Shown here: positions 1 to 18,169 of the stretch, in pieces
Layout of the letters: the number at the start of each line of letters is the position of its first letter
How positions within the stretch are numbered: the first letter of the stretch is position 1
Position numbers and translations under genes: made by a program
The notes under the pieces: model-generated
What the model was told of the DNA's origin: nothing
The model's input: only the letters and a program-made list of their open reading frames with translations
Databases searched by the model: none
NCBI GenBank assembly: GCA_963768655.1
Contig: CAVYIM010000003.1
Location: 128,001 to 192,000, forward strand
Reading direction: 5' to 3'
From: an uncultured Chloroflexia bacterium
Lineage (GTDB): Bacteria > Chloroflexota > Limnocylindria > Limnocylindrales > CSP1-4
DNA: 64,000 nt

Positions 1-1001
1 AAGTAGCGCTCGAAGGCGGCGAACGGACGTGTCCAGCAGAACATCGCCGGGAAGCCCTCGATTCGGAGGCCGGCTCTCAGCAGCGCGACCATGGCCCGGT
101 CGTTGGCGCCGGGCACCCACACGCTCGTGGCGCCACGCGGCTCGATGACCCTCATGAGATGACCGATGACGGGCGCGGTCAGGGTTTCGTCCAGGAGCGC
201 GACCGGCCCGAACCGCCCCACCTGGGACGAGTAGCCGTAGCCGAGTGGCTCACCGCTGCTGGTTCGGTACAGGAAGCCCGTGCGGCCCTGGAGCCGCAGG
301 AAGTCGTGGTCTGACTGGTGGGCGTAGCCGAGCACCTCGCGGTCGATGCCATCGATCGTCTGGCGCAGCTCGGCCTTGCCGGGAGCGGCCGGGTTGCGGT
401 GCGAGATCAGCTCGGGCGGCTCGAGAGCGATGGCCTCGATCCCTTCCGGCAGAGACGGCAGCACCGGCGGCGAGCCTGGCCGGCCGACGAGGTTGAAGAC
501 GGGCAGCCGGGCCACGATCCCCAGCTTGCTGTAGAGGGCGTTGGAGATCGGTTGGGCGCTGTCGGTGCACGTCGCCAGTACGCCCGGCCGGCGGCCGATG
601 GTCGGGCCGTCCCTCCAGTTGCCCGCCGCGTCGCCCGCGCCATCCGCCTCGGGGGCGGAAGGCAGAACCAGCGACAGCAGCGCCCGCCCTATGCCCCGAT
701 GCTGCTCCGCCGGCAGGACGTAGAGCTGCGAGAGGAACCACACGTGCTCGCGCTGCAGCCCGATCCCGAAACCCACGATCCGTTCGCTCGGGTCGCGCGG
801 CGAGGACTTCACCGCCACCCGAAAGTGGCCCGGGTCCGTGGCCAGGAGATGCTCGCCCAGGCGCATGGCCGGCTCCAGGACGGGTGGCGGCAGCGGCTGA
901 CCGAGGCGTGACATGTAGTCGTTCACGGAGGCGTGCCAGACCAGCGCACAATCGGCCAGCTCCTCGGGCCGCGGCGGACGGTAGGTGACTCCTTCCGTCA
1001 T
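1..1001 (-). CDS. GNAT-family N-acetyltransferase (3' end runs off the window)
   Basis: Not in the ORF track; translated by hand from ATG 1001 (ATGA overlap with the prfB stop): MTEGVTYRPPRPEELADC...WFLSQLYVLPAEQHRGIGRALL... QxxGxG acetyl-CoA motif A; frame open to the window edge. Confidence 0.8.
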   Translation of the reverse strand, partial: MTEGVTYRPPRPEELADCALVWHASVNDYMSRLGQPLPPPVLEPAMRLGEHLLATDPGHFRVAVKSSPRDPSERIVGFGIGLQREHVWFLSQLYVLPAEQHRGIGRALLSLVLPSAPEADGAGDAAGNWRDGPTIGRRPGVLATCTDSAQPISNALYSKLGIVARLPVFNLVGRPGSPPVLPSLPEGIEAIALEPPELISHRNPAAPGKAELRQTIDGIDREVLGYAHQSDHDFLRLQGRTGFLYRTSSGEPLGYGYSSQVGRFGPVALLDETLTAPVIGHLMRVIEPRGATSVWVPGANDRAMVALLRAGLRIEGFPAMFCWTRPFAAFERY

Positions 1002-2129
1002 CGATCGTCCGGCCCGGGCCGGCTGCCGGCGACGACGGCCCCGGTGGCCTCGCGTTCGAGCTCGGCCTGCATGAAGGTGTCCAGGTCGCCGTCGAGGACC
1101 GCCGCAGTGTTGCCCGTCTCCACCTCCGTCCGGTGGTCCTTGACCATCTGGTATGGGTGGAGGACGTAGCTCCTGATCTGGTTGCCCCAACCCGCCTCGA
1201 CGTGCTCCCCGCGAAGCTTGCGGATCTCGGCCTCGTGCTCCTCCACAGCCCGTTCCAGGAGTCGAGCCTGAAGGATCTTGGCGGCGGTGTCCTTGTTCTG
1301 CGTCTGGGAGCGTTCGTTCTGGCTCTGGGCGACGATGCCTGTGGGGACGTGGGTCAGACGCACGGCCGAGTCCGTCTTGTTGACGTGCTGGCCGCCGGCC
1401 CCGGTGGCGCGGAAGGTGTCGATGCGGATCTCGTCCCAGTTCAGTTCCACCTCGACGTCGCTCTCGACTTCCGGGAGCACCTCCACGAGGGCGAAGGTCG
1501 TGTGCCGCCGCTTCTGAGAATCGAAGGGGCTGATTCGGACCAGGCGGTGGACGCCGCGCTCGGCCTTGAGATAGCCGTAGGCGGCCCGCCCATCGACGGC
1601 CACGGTGACGCTCTTGATTCCGGTCTCCTCACCCTCGGTTTGATCGAAGATCTCGGTGGCGAAGCGATGGCGCTCGGCCCAGCGAAGGTACATCCGCAGC
1701 AGCATCTCGGCCCAATCGGTGGCTTCGGTGCCGCCCGCGCCCGCGCTGATAGTCAGCAGAGCATTGCGCTGGTCGTATTCGCCGCCGAAGAGCAGCTCAC
1801 GACGGGCCCGGCCGTAGTCCGCGGCCAGCTGCCGAGCCTCCGTGTCGACGTCGGCCAGGACGCTCTGGTCGTCTTCGTCCTGGGCCAGCTCGAGCAGCTC
1901 GATCGTGGAGCGGGCGCGCAATTCGAGGTTGCGCCAGAGCCCGAGCTCCTCGCGAAGACCCTCTGCTTCGCGCAGCACCTTCTTGGCCACGCGCTGGTCG
2001 TCCCAGAACCCGGGCTCGCCTACGGCAGCGTCCAGCGCGGCCAGACGGCCTTCCTTGCTGGAAAGGTCAAAGACGCCCCGAGGTCGCCTGGATCCTCTGG
2101 ACCAGGTCGCGGATCTCGGCCGGTTCCAC
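998..2129 (-). CDS. prfB: Peptide chain release factor 2 with programmed +1 frameshift
   Basis: SPF (RISPFD) and GGQ motifs. First segment GTG 2129 (VEPAEIRDLVQRIQATSGRL) ends in CTT TGA C at 2072-2066; the +1 frame continues DLSSKEGRL...FWDDQ into ORF 998..1990. Confidence 0.96.
2066..2081 (-). promoter_or_regulatory. RF2 autoregulatory +1 frameshift site
   Basis: Minus strand TCGGGG-CGT-CTT-TGA-C: internal SD-like GGGG 3 nt before the canonical CTTTGAC. Confidence 0.92.
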
Positions 2130-2353
2130 TAATACCGGCCTCGGGCGTCCTGGAGAAGGATCGGTCGGAGCTCGATGAGACGCAGCGCGCTCTTGCTCCG
2201 GGCGACTACGGGGTTCACGCAGGGGCAGTAGATGTTGTGTGGGCAGACACCGCAGTTCCCGTCGCAGTCGAGCGCGGCCGCATAACTGCAATTCCGGCAG
2301 TCGCGCTCGCAGGCGATGAGATCGATGAACGCCGCTTCCTCTGCCTGCTTCAA
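2129..2353 (-). CDS. Small Cys-rich protein (74 aa, 8 Cys, two CxxxCxxC plus CxC), putative metal/Fe-S binder
   Basis: GAGGAG RBS then TTG at 2353: MKQAEEAAFIDLIACERDCRNCSYAAALDCDGNCGVCPHNIYCPCVNP...; its TAG overlaps the prfB GTG (TAGTG). Confidence 0.7.
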   Translation of the reverse strand: MKQAEEAAFIDLIACERDCRNCSYAAALDCDGNCGVCPHNIYCPCVNPVVARSKSALRLIELRPILLQDARGRY

Positions 2354-2436
2354 CTCTCTCCTCGTTGTGTGACGGCACAACCCCTCAGGCCTCCCCGCGA
2401 CGGCCTGACGGGGACCGCAACGGGTATCTCGCGGCG

Positions 2437-2465
2437 AGTATACGGGCTCAATTCAGCGCAGCCAA
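2437..2465 (-). promoter_or_regulatory. Putative sigma70 promoter for the Cys-ORF/prfB/GNAT unit
   Basis: TTGGCT-N17-TATACT on the minus strand. Confidence 0.55.
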
Positions 2466-2612
2466 GAGGTCAATTCATCAGTTTGGCGAGAAATCACCGC
2501 ATAGTGCCGTCTGCCGCCCGGATTGGCTCGAGTTACCGCCTGAACAGGCAGCTGATGGCGGGGCGCGGAGTTGCTTCGGCAAGCCGGCGCCAGGCCCTCG
2601 ACGGAGCTCGGC

Positions 2613-3746
2613 CTAGTGTCCCGAGCCGCTGCAGGGTAATTGGTTGGCAGCTACGATTTGGCGATGCCGAACCATCCAGCGCCACCATTGGTCATCAGCG
2701 AGTCTGAACGAGCATCCCTACTGGCCCTGATACGAGCGGGTACGACCGAGCAACGACTCGCGATGCGGGCCCGGATCGTGCTTGCGGCAGCGGACGGCAT
2801 CGCGAACGAGCGGATAGCGGCCGAGATCGGGGTGAACCCGTTGACGGTGCGCGACTGGCGTGCTCGTTTCGAGGCCGACCGCATGGCCGGTCTGGCCGAT
2901 GCTCCACGCCCAGGCCGCGAACCCACCTATGACCGGGCCGCTCGGGACCGGGTCATCGCCTTCACCTTGGAGCCGCCGCCGTTCGGGACCAGCCACTGGA
3001 GTTCGCGAGCGATGGCTGCCCGGACAGGCATCAGTGTCACGACCATCCAGCGCATCTGGCGCGAGGCTGGTCTCAAGCCGCATCGGGTCGAGACGTTCAA
3101 GTTCAGCACCGATCCCGATCTTGTGGCCAAGGTCCGCGATGTCGTGGGGCTCTATCTCGCGCCGCCCGAGCGGGCTATCGTGCTGTCCGTTGACGAGAAG
3201 ACCCAGATCCAGGCTCTCGATCGAACGGCCCCGATGCTGCCCATGAAGCCCGGCCAGGTGGAGCGCCACACCCACGACTACAAACGGAACGGCACCACCC
3301 ACCTCTTTGCCGCTCTGGAAGTCGCCACCGGCAAGGTCACCACGCAGACCCGCACCCACCACACCGGCGCCGACTTCCTGGCCTTCCTGGCGCAGGTTGA
3401 GCGAGCCTATCCCGAGAAAGACCTCGCAGTCGTGCTCGACAACGTCAGCTCACACAAGACGCCAGACGTCGGAAAGTGGCTCGAGGCTCATCCGCGGGTG
3501 AGCTTCCATTTCACCCCGACCAGCGCGTCCTGGATGAACCAGATCGAGACCTGGTTCGGCATCCTGAGCCGTCAGGCCATCCGCCGTGGCAGCTTTCGCT
3601 CGGTCAAGGAACTCGTCGCGATGATCAACGGCTTCACGGCGCAATGGAACGAGGGTGCAACGCCCTTTCTCTGGGTCAAGACGGCCGACCAGATCCTGGC
3701 TAAGGCTGTGCGCAAGCCGTCAGCTATCGGCGAATTGGGACACTAG
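2613..3746. mobile_element. IS630-family insertion sequence
   Basis: Ends CTAGTGTCCC (2613) and GGGACACTAG (3746) are inverted copies with partial IR match further in; TA/CTAG target typical of IS630; contains a DDE transposase. Confidence 0.9.
2664..3746 (+). CDS. IS630-family transposase
   Basis: N-terminal HTHs (RARIVL, DAPRPGR, HWSSR), catalytic motifs VDEK, VLDNVSSHK and SWMNQIETWF. Confidence 0.93.
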   Translation: MPNHPAPPLVISESERASLLALIRAGTTEQRLAMRARIVLAAADGIANERIAAEIGVNPLTVRDWRARFEADRMAGLADAPRPGREPTYDRAARDRVIAFTLEPPPFGTSHWSSRAMAARTGISVTTIQRIWREAGLKPHRVETFKFSTDPDLVAKVRDVVGLYLAPPERAIVLSVDEKTQIQALDRTAPMLPMKPGQVERHTHDYKRNGTTHLFAALEVATGKVTTQTRTHHTGADFLAFLAQVERAYPEKDLAVVLDNVSSHKTPDVGKWLEAHPRVSFHFTPTSASWMNQIETWFGILSRQAIRRGSFRSVKELVAMINGFTAQWNEGATPFLWVKTADQILAKAVRKPSAIGELGH

Positions 3747-4455
3747 CTAGAAGCCGGGCTCGCCACGGCGTTCGGCGCGCCCGTCGGGGTCGCGTTGGCC
3801 GAAGGCGTCGACGCTGGCGCGCCGACCGAGGAGGCGGTCTGAGCGGACGGCGGGCCGGCTTCCAGGAACGCGTACTCGCCCAGAGCGCCCAGTTCGTGCA
3901 TGAGGGCGTCGAAGTGCATCGGCTCCTCGCTGTCGGCCGGGCTGGTCGTGGTTGGCGAGCCCCATCCCTCGATCCCTTGATCCGCGGCCAGGAGCAGGAC
4001 GCGCAACATGTGGGTACGGTCTGACACGAAGAGGGCGGTGTGGAGCCCGTGCTGGTCGAACAGGGCGCGGACGTTGCGGATGGACTCGAGGGTCGTGGCG
4101 CCGGTCGTCTCGGCCAGGATCGCGGAGGCGGGCACGCCCCTGGCTTCGGCGTAACTCCGCTCGGTGGCCGCCTCGGTGACGCGGTCGCCGGGCTGCTTGC
4201 CGCCCGTGACCACGAACCAGGGGGCGTAGCCCTGCTTGTACAGGTCGATCGCGTGATCGAGTCGCGCGGCGAGCACGGCCGAGGGGCGGCCGTTGTACTG
4301 GGCCGCACCTAGAACCACGATGGCGTCGACGGCGCGGCGGCTGTCCTGCTGGCCCACGTCCCAGATCCGGTAAGCGGTGTAGGCGGTCAGGCCGATGGCG
4401 CCGATGACGAAGGCCAGTGCCACGAGCGCCAGATCCCGCAGACGCGCTTTCCAGG

Positions 4456-4459
<4 letters not shown>
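3743..4459 (-). CDS. YdcF/SanA (DUF218) family membrane-anchored protein
   Basis: N-terminal TM, DAIVVLGAA, VTGG, TTLES, VSDRTHMLR. GTG start overlaps the secA stop. Confidence 0.85.
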
Positions 4460-7434
<2,975 letters not shown>

Positions 7435-7621
7435 TGGAGCTCACGATCGTTGGTGGCCCGCACGGCGGGCCTTGGGTCTGGGCGTCGGCCAGGGCTGGTG
7501 CGCCCCTCGTCGTCCGCCGACGGCAGCCACGCGGCAGTGCCGATGGCTGGGCGGAAAGTATAGGCCAGCGAGCCGGCGAGGCCGCTCCGCCTCTCTGCCT
7601 CGAGCGTCCCCCGCATCGTCA

Positions 7622-7726
7622 TTACCGCCAGAAGTGCGTCCCGTAGCCAATCAGCAGCAGGACGAAGGTCAGCCCGGCGAGGGCGGCCCAGAAGAGGACT
7701 GCGAGGCTCGTGGCCGTGGGGTTCAT
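7622..7726 (-). CDS. Small single-pass membrane protein (~34 aa)
   Basis: MNPTATSLAVLFWAALAGLTFVLLLIGYGTHFWR, co-oriented between prs and secA; start uncertain. Confidence 0.5.
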   Translation of the reverse strand: MNPTATSLAVLFWAALAGLTFVLLLIGYGTHFWR

Positions 7727-7916
7727 CTCCGTGTTGCGCAGCGGGGCTGCCCGCCAGCGGCGAGAGAGCAGACCCGCGCGCCAGTCACGGCCACTCTGCG
7801 GAGCGGGCCGCAGGCCACCCTGGCTGTCCGGACGATGCAACTGCAGAGTCATTGTTCCGCTGTCTCCTGTTTGCGCGATCGCGCGCGGCTGTCTGCGCGG
7901 CTCGGCATTCGGCCGT

Positions 7917-9028
7917 TCAGCGCCCTGACACGTCGACTGCCCGTGTGGGCCGTGCGAGGCCGGCTGGTTCGGCCGATCGGCCGTTGTCGCCTTCGCCCGG
8001 CGTGCGGTCGGTCTGGTTGTCGACGTCCCAGAGGAGCATCTCCTGGGTGAAGTGGACTTCGCTCGTGAACAGAGCGCCGACGGACTGGCCGCGGTGAATT
8101 CGGACGATCGCTTCGGCGATGAGCGGCGCCAGCGAGATGACTCTGATCTTGCCACCGCGCTTCTCCGGCGGGATCGGGATCGAGTCGGTTACGACAACCT
8201 CGCACAGCTGAGCCTGGTCGATGCGTTCTAGCGCTCCCTCCGACAACACGGCGTGGGTGGCGCAGGCGTACATCTCGGTCACGCCCTCACGCTCCAGGGC
8301 GTTGACGATCTGGATCAGCGTGCCGGCGGTGTCGATCTCGTCGTCGACGATGATGGCCCGCTTGCCACGCACGTCGCCGATGACGTTGAGGACCTCGGCC
8401 CTGTCCTGGTTGCCGATGCGGCGCTTCTCGACGATCGCCAGCGGCGCATCCATCAGTTCGGCGAAGGTGCGGGCGCGCTTGGCAAAGCCCAGGTCCGTGA
8501 CGACTACCAGGTTGTCGAGCTGCTTCTGGAGGAAGTGACCGGAGAGCAGGTGGACGGCGGTGAGCTCGTCCACCGGAATGTTGAAGAAGCCCTGGATCTG
8601 GCCCTGATGGAGGTCCACGGTCAGGAGGCGGTTTGCCCCGGCCACGGTGATCATGTCCGCGATCAGGCGAGCGGTGATGGGAACGCGCGGCTGGTCCTTC
8701 TTGTCAGAGCGGCCGTAGCCGTAGTACGGCACGACGGCGGTGATCCGACCGGCGCTGGCTCGCTTGAAGGCGTCGATCATGATGAGCAACTCCATGATCG
8801 ACTTGTTGACCGGGCGAGAGGTCGGCTGGATCAGGAAGACGTCCTTCTCGCGGGCGTTGTCGATGATCCGGACGAAGATGTTCTCGTTCGCGAATTCGAA
8901 GACTTCGGCTCGGCCCAGAACGATGTTCAGGTAGCGGCAGATGTTGCAGGCCAGCTCCGGGTTGGCGTTCCCGGTGTAGATGTCGTACTGGTCCGCGCCG
9001 ACCGCCGAACTGCGCAGTTCGCTGCCGC

Positions 9029-9032
<4 letters not shown>
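7917..9032 (-). CDS. prs: Ribose-phosphate pyrophosphokinase
   Basis: [42 protein letters not shown]. Confidence 0.96.
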
Positions 9033-11590
<2,558 letters not shown>

Positions 11591-11596
11591 GGTGCG

Positions 11597-12606
11597 CTAG
11601 TCCTCCGGGATGGCTTGGCTGGTCCGCGGCGCGGGAAGCGACCCGGAGCCGGCGGCGAGAAACGCGGCCGCGGTGGCGGCGGCGCGGGATGTGGCAGGGG
11701 CGCCGGGTCGGCGGCGGATGCCGTCCAGGCTGCTCCTCAGGGACGCGGCCGTTGCGGCGGGGAGCTTCGAGACGGAGTCGCGGATCACCCAGGCACGGTG
11801 GCCGTCGTCCGTTGCCCGCGCCGTTTCGGCCTCGGCTTCGAGGAAGCGAGTCGTGGCGGTAGGGTCCAGCTCGGCGAGGGTCCGCAATGCCCACGAAAGG
11901 GCCTTCTGGACGTCCGGCTCGGCATCGCCGATGGACTGACTCATGAGCGCGAGACCGCGCTCGACGACGATTGGGCCCCTGCCACCGGGGATGCCGCGGA
12001 CGTGGGGCAGCGTGGCTACGGTCGAGCCGACGAGGCGGCGCTCCCAGCGTGAAGGCGAATAGACCAGCTGGCCGAGCTCGGCCCAGCGGCGGGCGTCGAG
12101 CAGGATTCCCTCGCCGTACGGGTGGGCCAGCGTATCGACCGTGATCCACTCGTCCGCCTCGCCGGCCGCGCGGCGCAGGAGCTGCCACGCTCGCTCCGGG
12201 TCGGTGGGCAGCGCCCGTCCCAGATTCCCGATGCCGAACCAGCGGAGTTCGCGCAGGTCTTCGCGGAGCAGGCGGTCGATGACGTCGAGGAGGAGCGATG
12301 TCGACGTCTTGCGCGTGCCGCGCTTGAAGGCCTTTTGGGCGGCTTCGATGAGGGGCAGGCGAACGCCCAGCACGGGGCCGAGACCCGGAGCGATCGAACG
12401 CGAACCGTCCGCGTAGACGGGATCGGCGATTGTCTCGAAGCCCTGCTTCGCGGCGGCGACGAAGGCACCCGGGTCCTGGACGAGATCCGCCAACTCGTCG
12501 CCGAGAGCGGTGGCGCGGGCGATGTGCTCCACGACGAAGCGGTTGGAGGCGGCGGTGATGGCGGAGGTCGTGCCGGTCCTGGCGGCCGTGGCGGTGGCGG
12601 TGGGGC

Positions 12607-12610
<4 letters not shown>
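11597..12610 (-). CDS. DNA alkylation repair (AlkD-like HEAT-repeat) protein
   Basis: LGVRLP, WITVDTLA, SPSRWERR, VQKALSWALR resemble AlkD-family motifs. Confidence 0.75.
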
Positions 12611-16049
<3,439 letters not shown>

Positions 16050-16050
<1 letters not shown>

Positions 16051-16907
16051 CACGTGTCGCCTCCGCGGGAGGCACGGAGTTCCGCGTCGTCTTCACCGGC
16101 CACGCTGTCAGCAGCCCGGTGGGCGAGTTCCGCATGGACGGGCCGCCCATCGCGCGCCCGCATCTCCGCAGCGAGGGCGGCATAAGCCTCGGCGCCCTTG
16201 GAGTCGGGCCGGTATAGCGCGATCGGAAGGCCGTAGCTGGGCGCCTCCGAGAGGCGAACACTGCGCGGAATGATGGTGTCGAAGACCGTCGGCCCCAGGT
16301 ACTTGCGGACCTCGGCGTCGACCTCGGCAGACAGGTTCGTCCTTGGGTCGTACATGGTCAGCACGACGCCCTTGATCGCCAGGTCCGGATTGAGGTGATT
16401 CCTCACGAGGTTGATAGTCGCAATCAGCTGCGAAAGCCCCTCGAGCGCGTAGTACTCGCACTGGATCGGAATCACGACGGCGTCTGCGGCGGTCAGAGCG
16501 TTGACAGTCAGCAACCCCAATGACGGTGGACAATCCAGCACGATGTAGTCGTATGTGGAGACGAGCTCGGTGAGGATGCGGGCGAGACGGCGCTCGCGCT
16601 GAGGCAACGGCGCCAGTTCGACTTCCGCTCCGGCGAGGGATATCGACGAAGGCACGATCGAAAGGTTCGCGACGCTCGTCGAAACGACCAGGTCTGTGAC
16701 CCGGGCGTCTTCGATTATCGCCTCGTAGACGGAGTGCCCGATCTCGCCGCGATCCAACCCAAAGCCGCTTGTGGCATTGCCCTGGGGGTCAAGGTCGACT
16801 ACGAGAACGGAGTCTCCGGCGAGGGCCAGGTAAGTAGCCAGGTTGACTACTGTGGTGGTCTTGCCGACGCCACCCTTCTGGTTGGCGCAGGCGATGATCT
16901 GGCCCAC
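16050..16907 (-). CDS. parA: Chromosome partitioning ATPase ParA/Soj
   Basis: NQKGGVGKTT, DLDPQGNAT, DCPPSLG, QCEYYALEG. Confidence 0.95.
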
Positions 16908-16940
16908 TCAGGTCCCCATTTCGGTGGTCGGAATGCGTGA

Positions 16941-16949
16941 ATTCTAGCA
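16941..16949 (-). promoter_or_regulatory. Putative extended -10 promoter for the parA operon
   Basis: TGcTAGAAT ~35 nt upstream of the parA start. Confidence 0.5.
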
Positions 16950-17164
16950 TTTCGGGTCGGTTTCCGAATTCCGGAGAGCCATCCGACGCTGCGCGAGCAA
17001 GGCTCGCGTCCGAACCGGCGGCCCGTCGGCGCCAGTCGACACCATAGGTGTAGGGTCTTCGCCGGGCCTTACTTCGCGCTTCACTACGGTCGATCAGTGG
17101 GCCGCCCGAGTCATGTCGTCCGCCACGGGCGGCGCCCTCCGACCACGCAGCTTGTCCACCAGCG

Positions 17165-17180
17165 CGTTTCACGTGAAACA
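17165..17180. promoter_or_regulatory. parS centromere-like site
   Basis: CGTTTCACGTGAAACA, 15/16 match to the consensus TGTTTCACGTGAAACA, ~260 bp from parA. Confidence 0.9.
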
Positions 17181-17561
17181 GCTCCCAGCCGGGAGTCTCA
17201 GGTTTGGCCGTGGTGCGGCCAGTCCCGACCGAACTATCGACCCGTCGGCCGGGCCGCAGGGCGTGCCTTGCGGCTGGCCAGGTCCTCGTGGACGAACGGC
17301 GGGTTCGAGAGATGTCAGGGTCCGCCCAAGGCGCGGCTCGGTCTGGGGGGTGACAGTTCCCTCCCCGCCGGACGGACCCGTTCTGGTCTCGGTCGCCGGG
17401 AGGCCCTGACATGGAGCGTTGCCTTCGGACAACACGACGCCCGACGCCGACCCCGGCAAGGCCACTCCATGCTGCGACATTCCGCGAGATGAATCCCAGA
17501 CGATGCGACGTTCCCCGCGCCGGTCTCGCAAGGGGCTCGACCATGGCCCGCCCCGAGCCGT

Positions 17562-17590
17562 TTGTTCAGGATTGCCTTGCGGCCTATACT
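17562..17590 (+). promoter_or_regulatory. Putative sigma70 promoter for mreD-pbp2-rodA
   Basis: TTGTTC-N17-TATACT. Confidence 0.5.
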
Positions 17591-17661
17591 CCCCAGGTCA
17601 TTCCGCCACCCGGCCCTTGCTGGCCGGAGGGCCTCCCATGTAAACCCCAAGATAGGCCTCA

Positions 17662-18159
17662 ATGGGTCCCGTACTCGCCGCGGTCGGCGCTGCAATAGCG
17701 GCCCTAATGGAAGTGACGGTCGCCTCGCGGATCCACCTTGCCGACGCGCAACCTCAGATCGTCTTCGTGATCGCAGTCCTCCTCGCGCTTATCATCGGAT
17801 TCGAGGAGGGAATGGCGTGGGCATTCGTCGGCGGGCTCTTCGTCGATCTTCTCACTCTCCGACCGCTGGGCTCGACCGTCTTCGGTCTGCTGGTGGTCGT
17901 CGGCTTGGCTGCAGCAATCAACCCCATCCTGGTTCGTATTCGCTTCGCCAGCCCTCTGGTCGCAGTAATCGTGTTCACTCCGGTGTTCATCGTCCTTTCG
18001 ACCGTGACGGCCGGCCTGCTTCGGCCGCCGGCTCCCGCGCTGCGTCTCTCGTACCTGGCCGCGGCGACGCTGCTAAACGTCACGTTCGGAGCATTTGTCG
18101 CCCCTCTGTTCATGGCCGTCCGCAGGCGGTGGGAGCAGAAGGAGCGCCTCAGCTGGTGA
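17662..18159 (+). CDS. mreD: Rod shape-determining protein MreD
   Basis: 165-aa hydrophobic protein (GFEEGMAWAFVGGLFVDLL..PLG) directly upstream of pbp2. Confidence 0.82.
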   Translation: MGPVLAAVGAAIAALMEVTVASRIHLADAQPQIVFVIAVLLALIIGFEEGMAWAFVGGLFVDLLTLRPLGSTVFGLLVVVGLAAAINPILVRIRFASPLVAVIVFTPVFIVLSTVTAGLLRPPAPALRLSYLAAATLLNVTFGAFVAPLFMAVRRRWEQKERLSW

Positions 18160-18169
18160 GGAGGCGCCC

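Noticed and set aside
8470-8515. Prs [13 protein letters not shown] instead of the usual SPDxGG
   Set aside because: Other Prs motifs are intact; treated as a lineage variant, not a pseudo-enzyme.
17152-17160. DnaA-box-like TTGTCCACC beside parS as evidence for oriC
   Set aside because: One imperfect box, no cluster, no AT-rich unwinding element and no dnaA.
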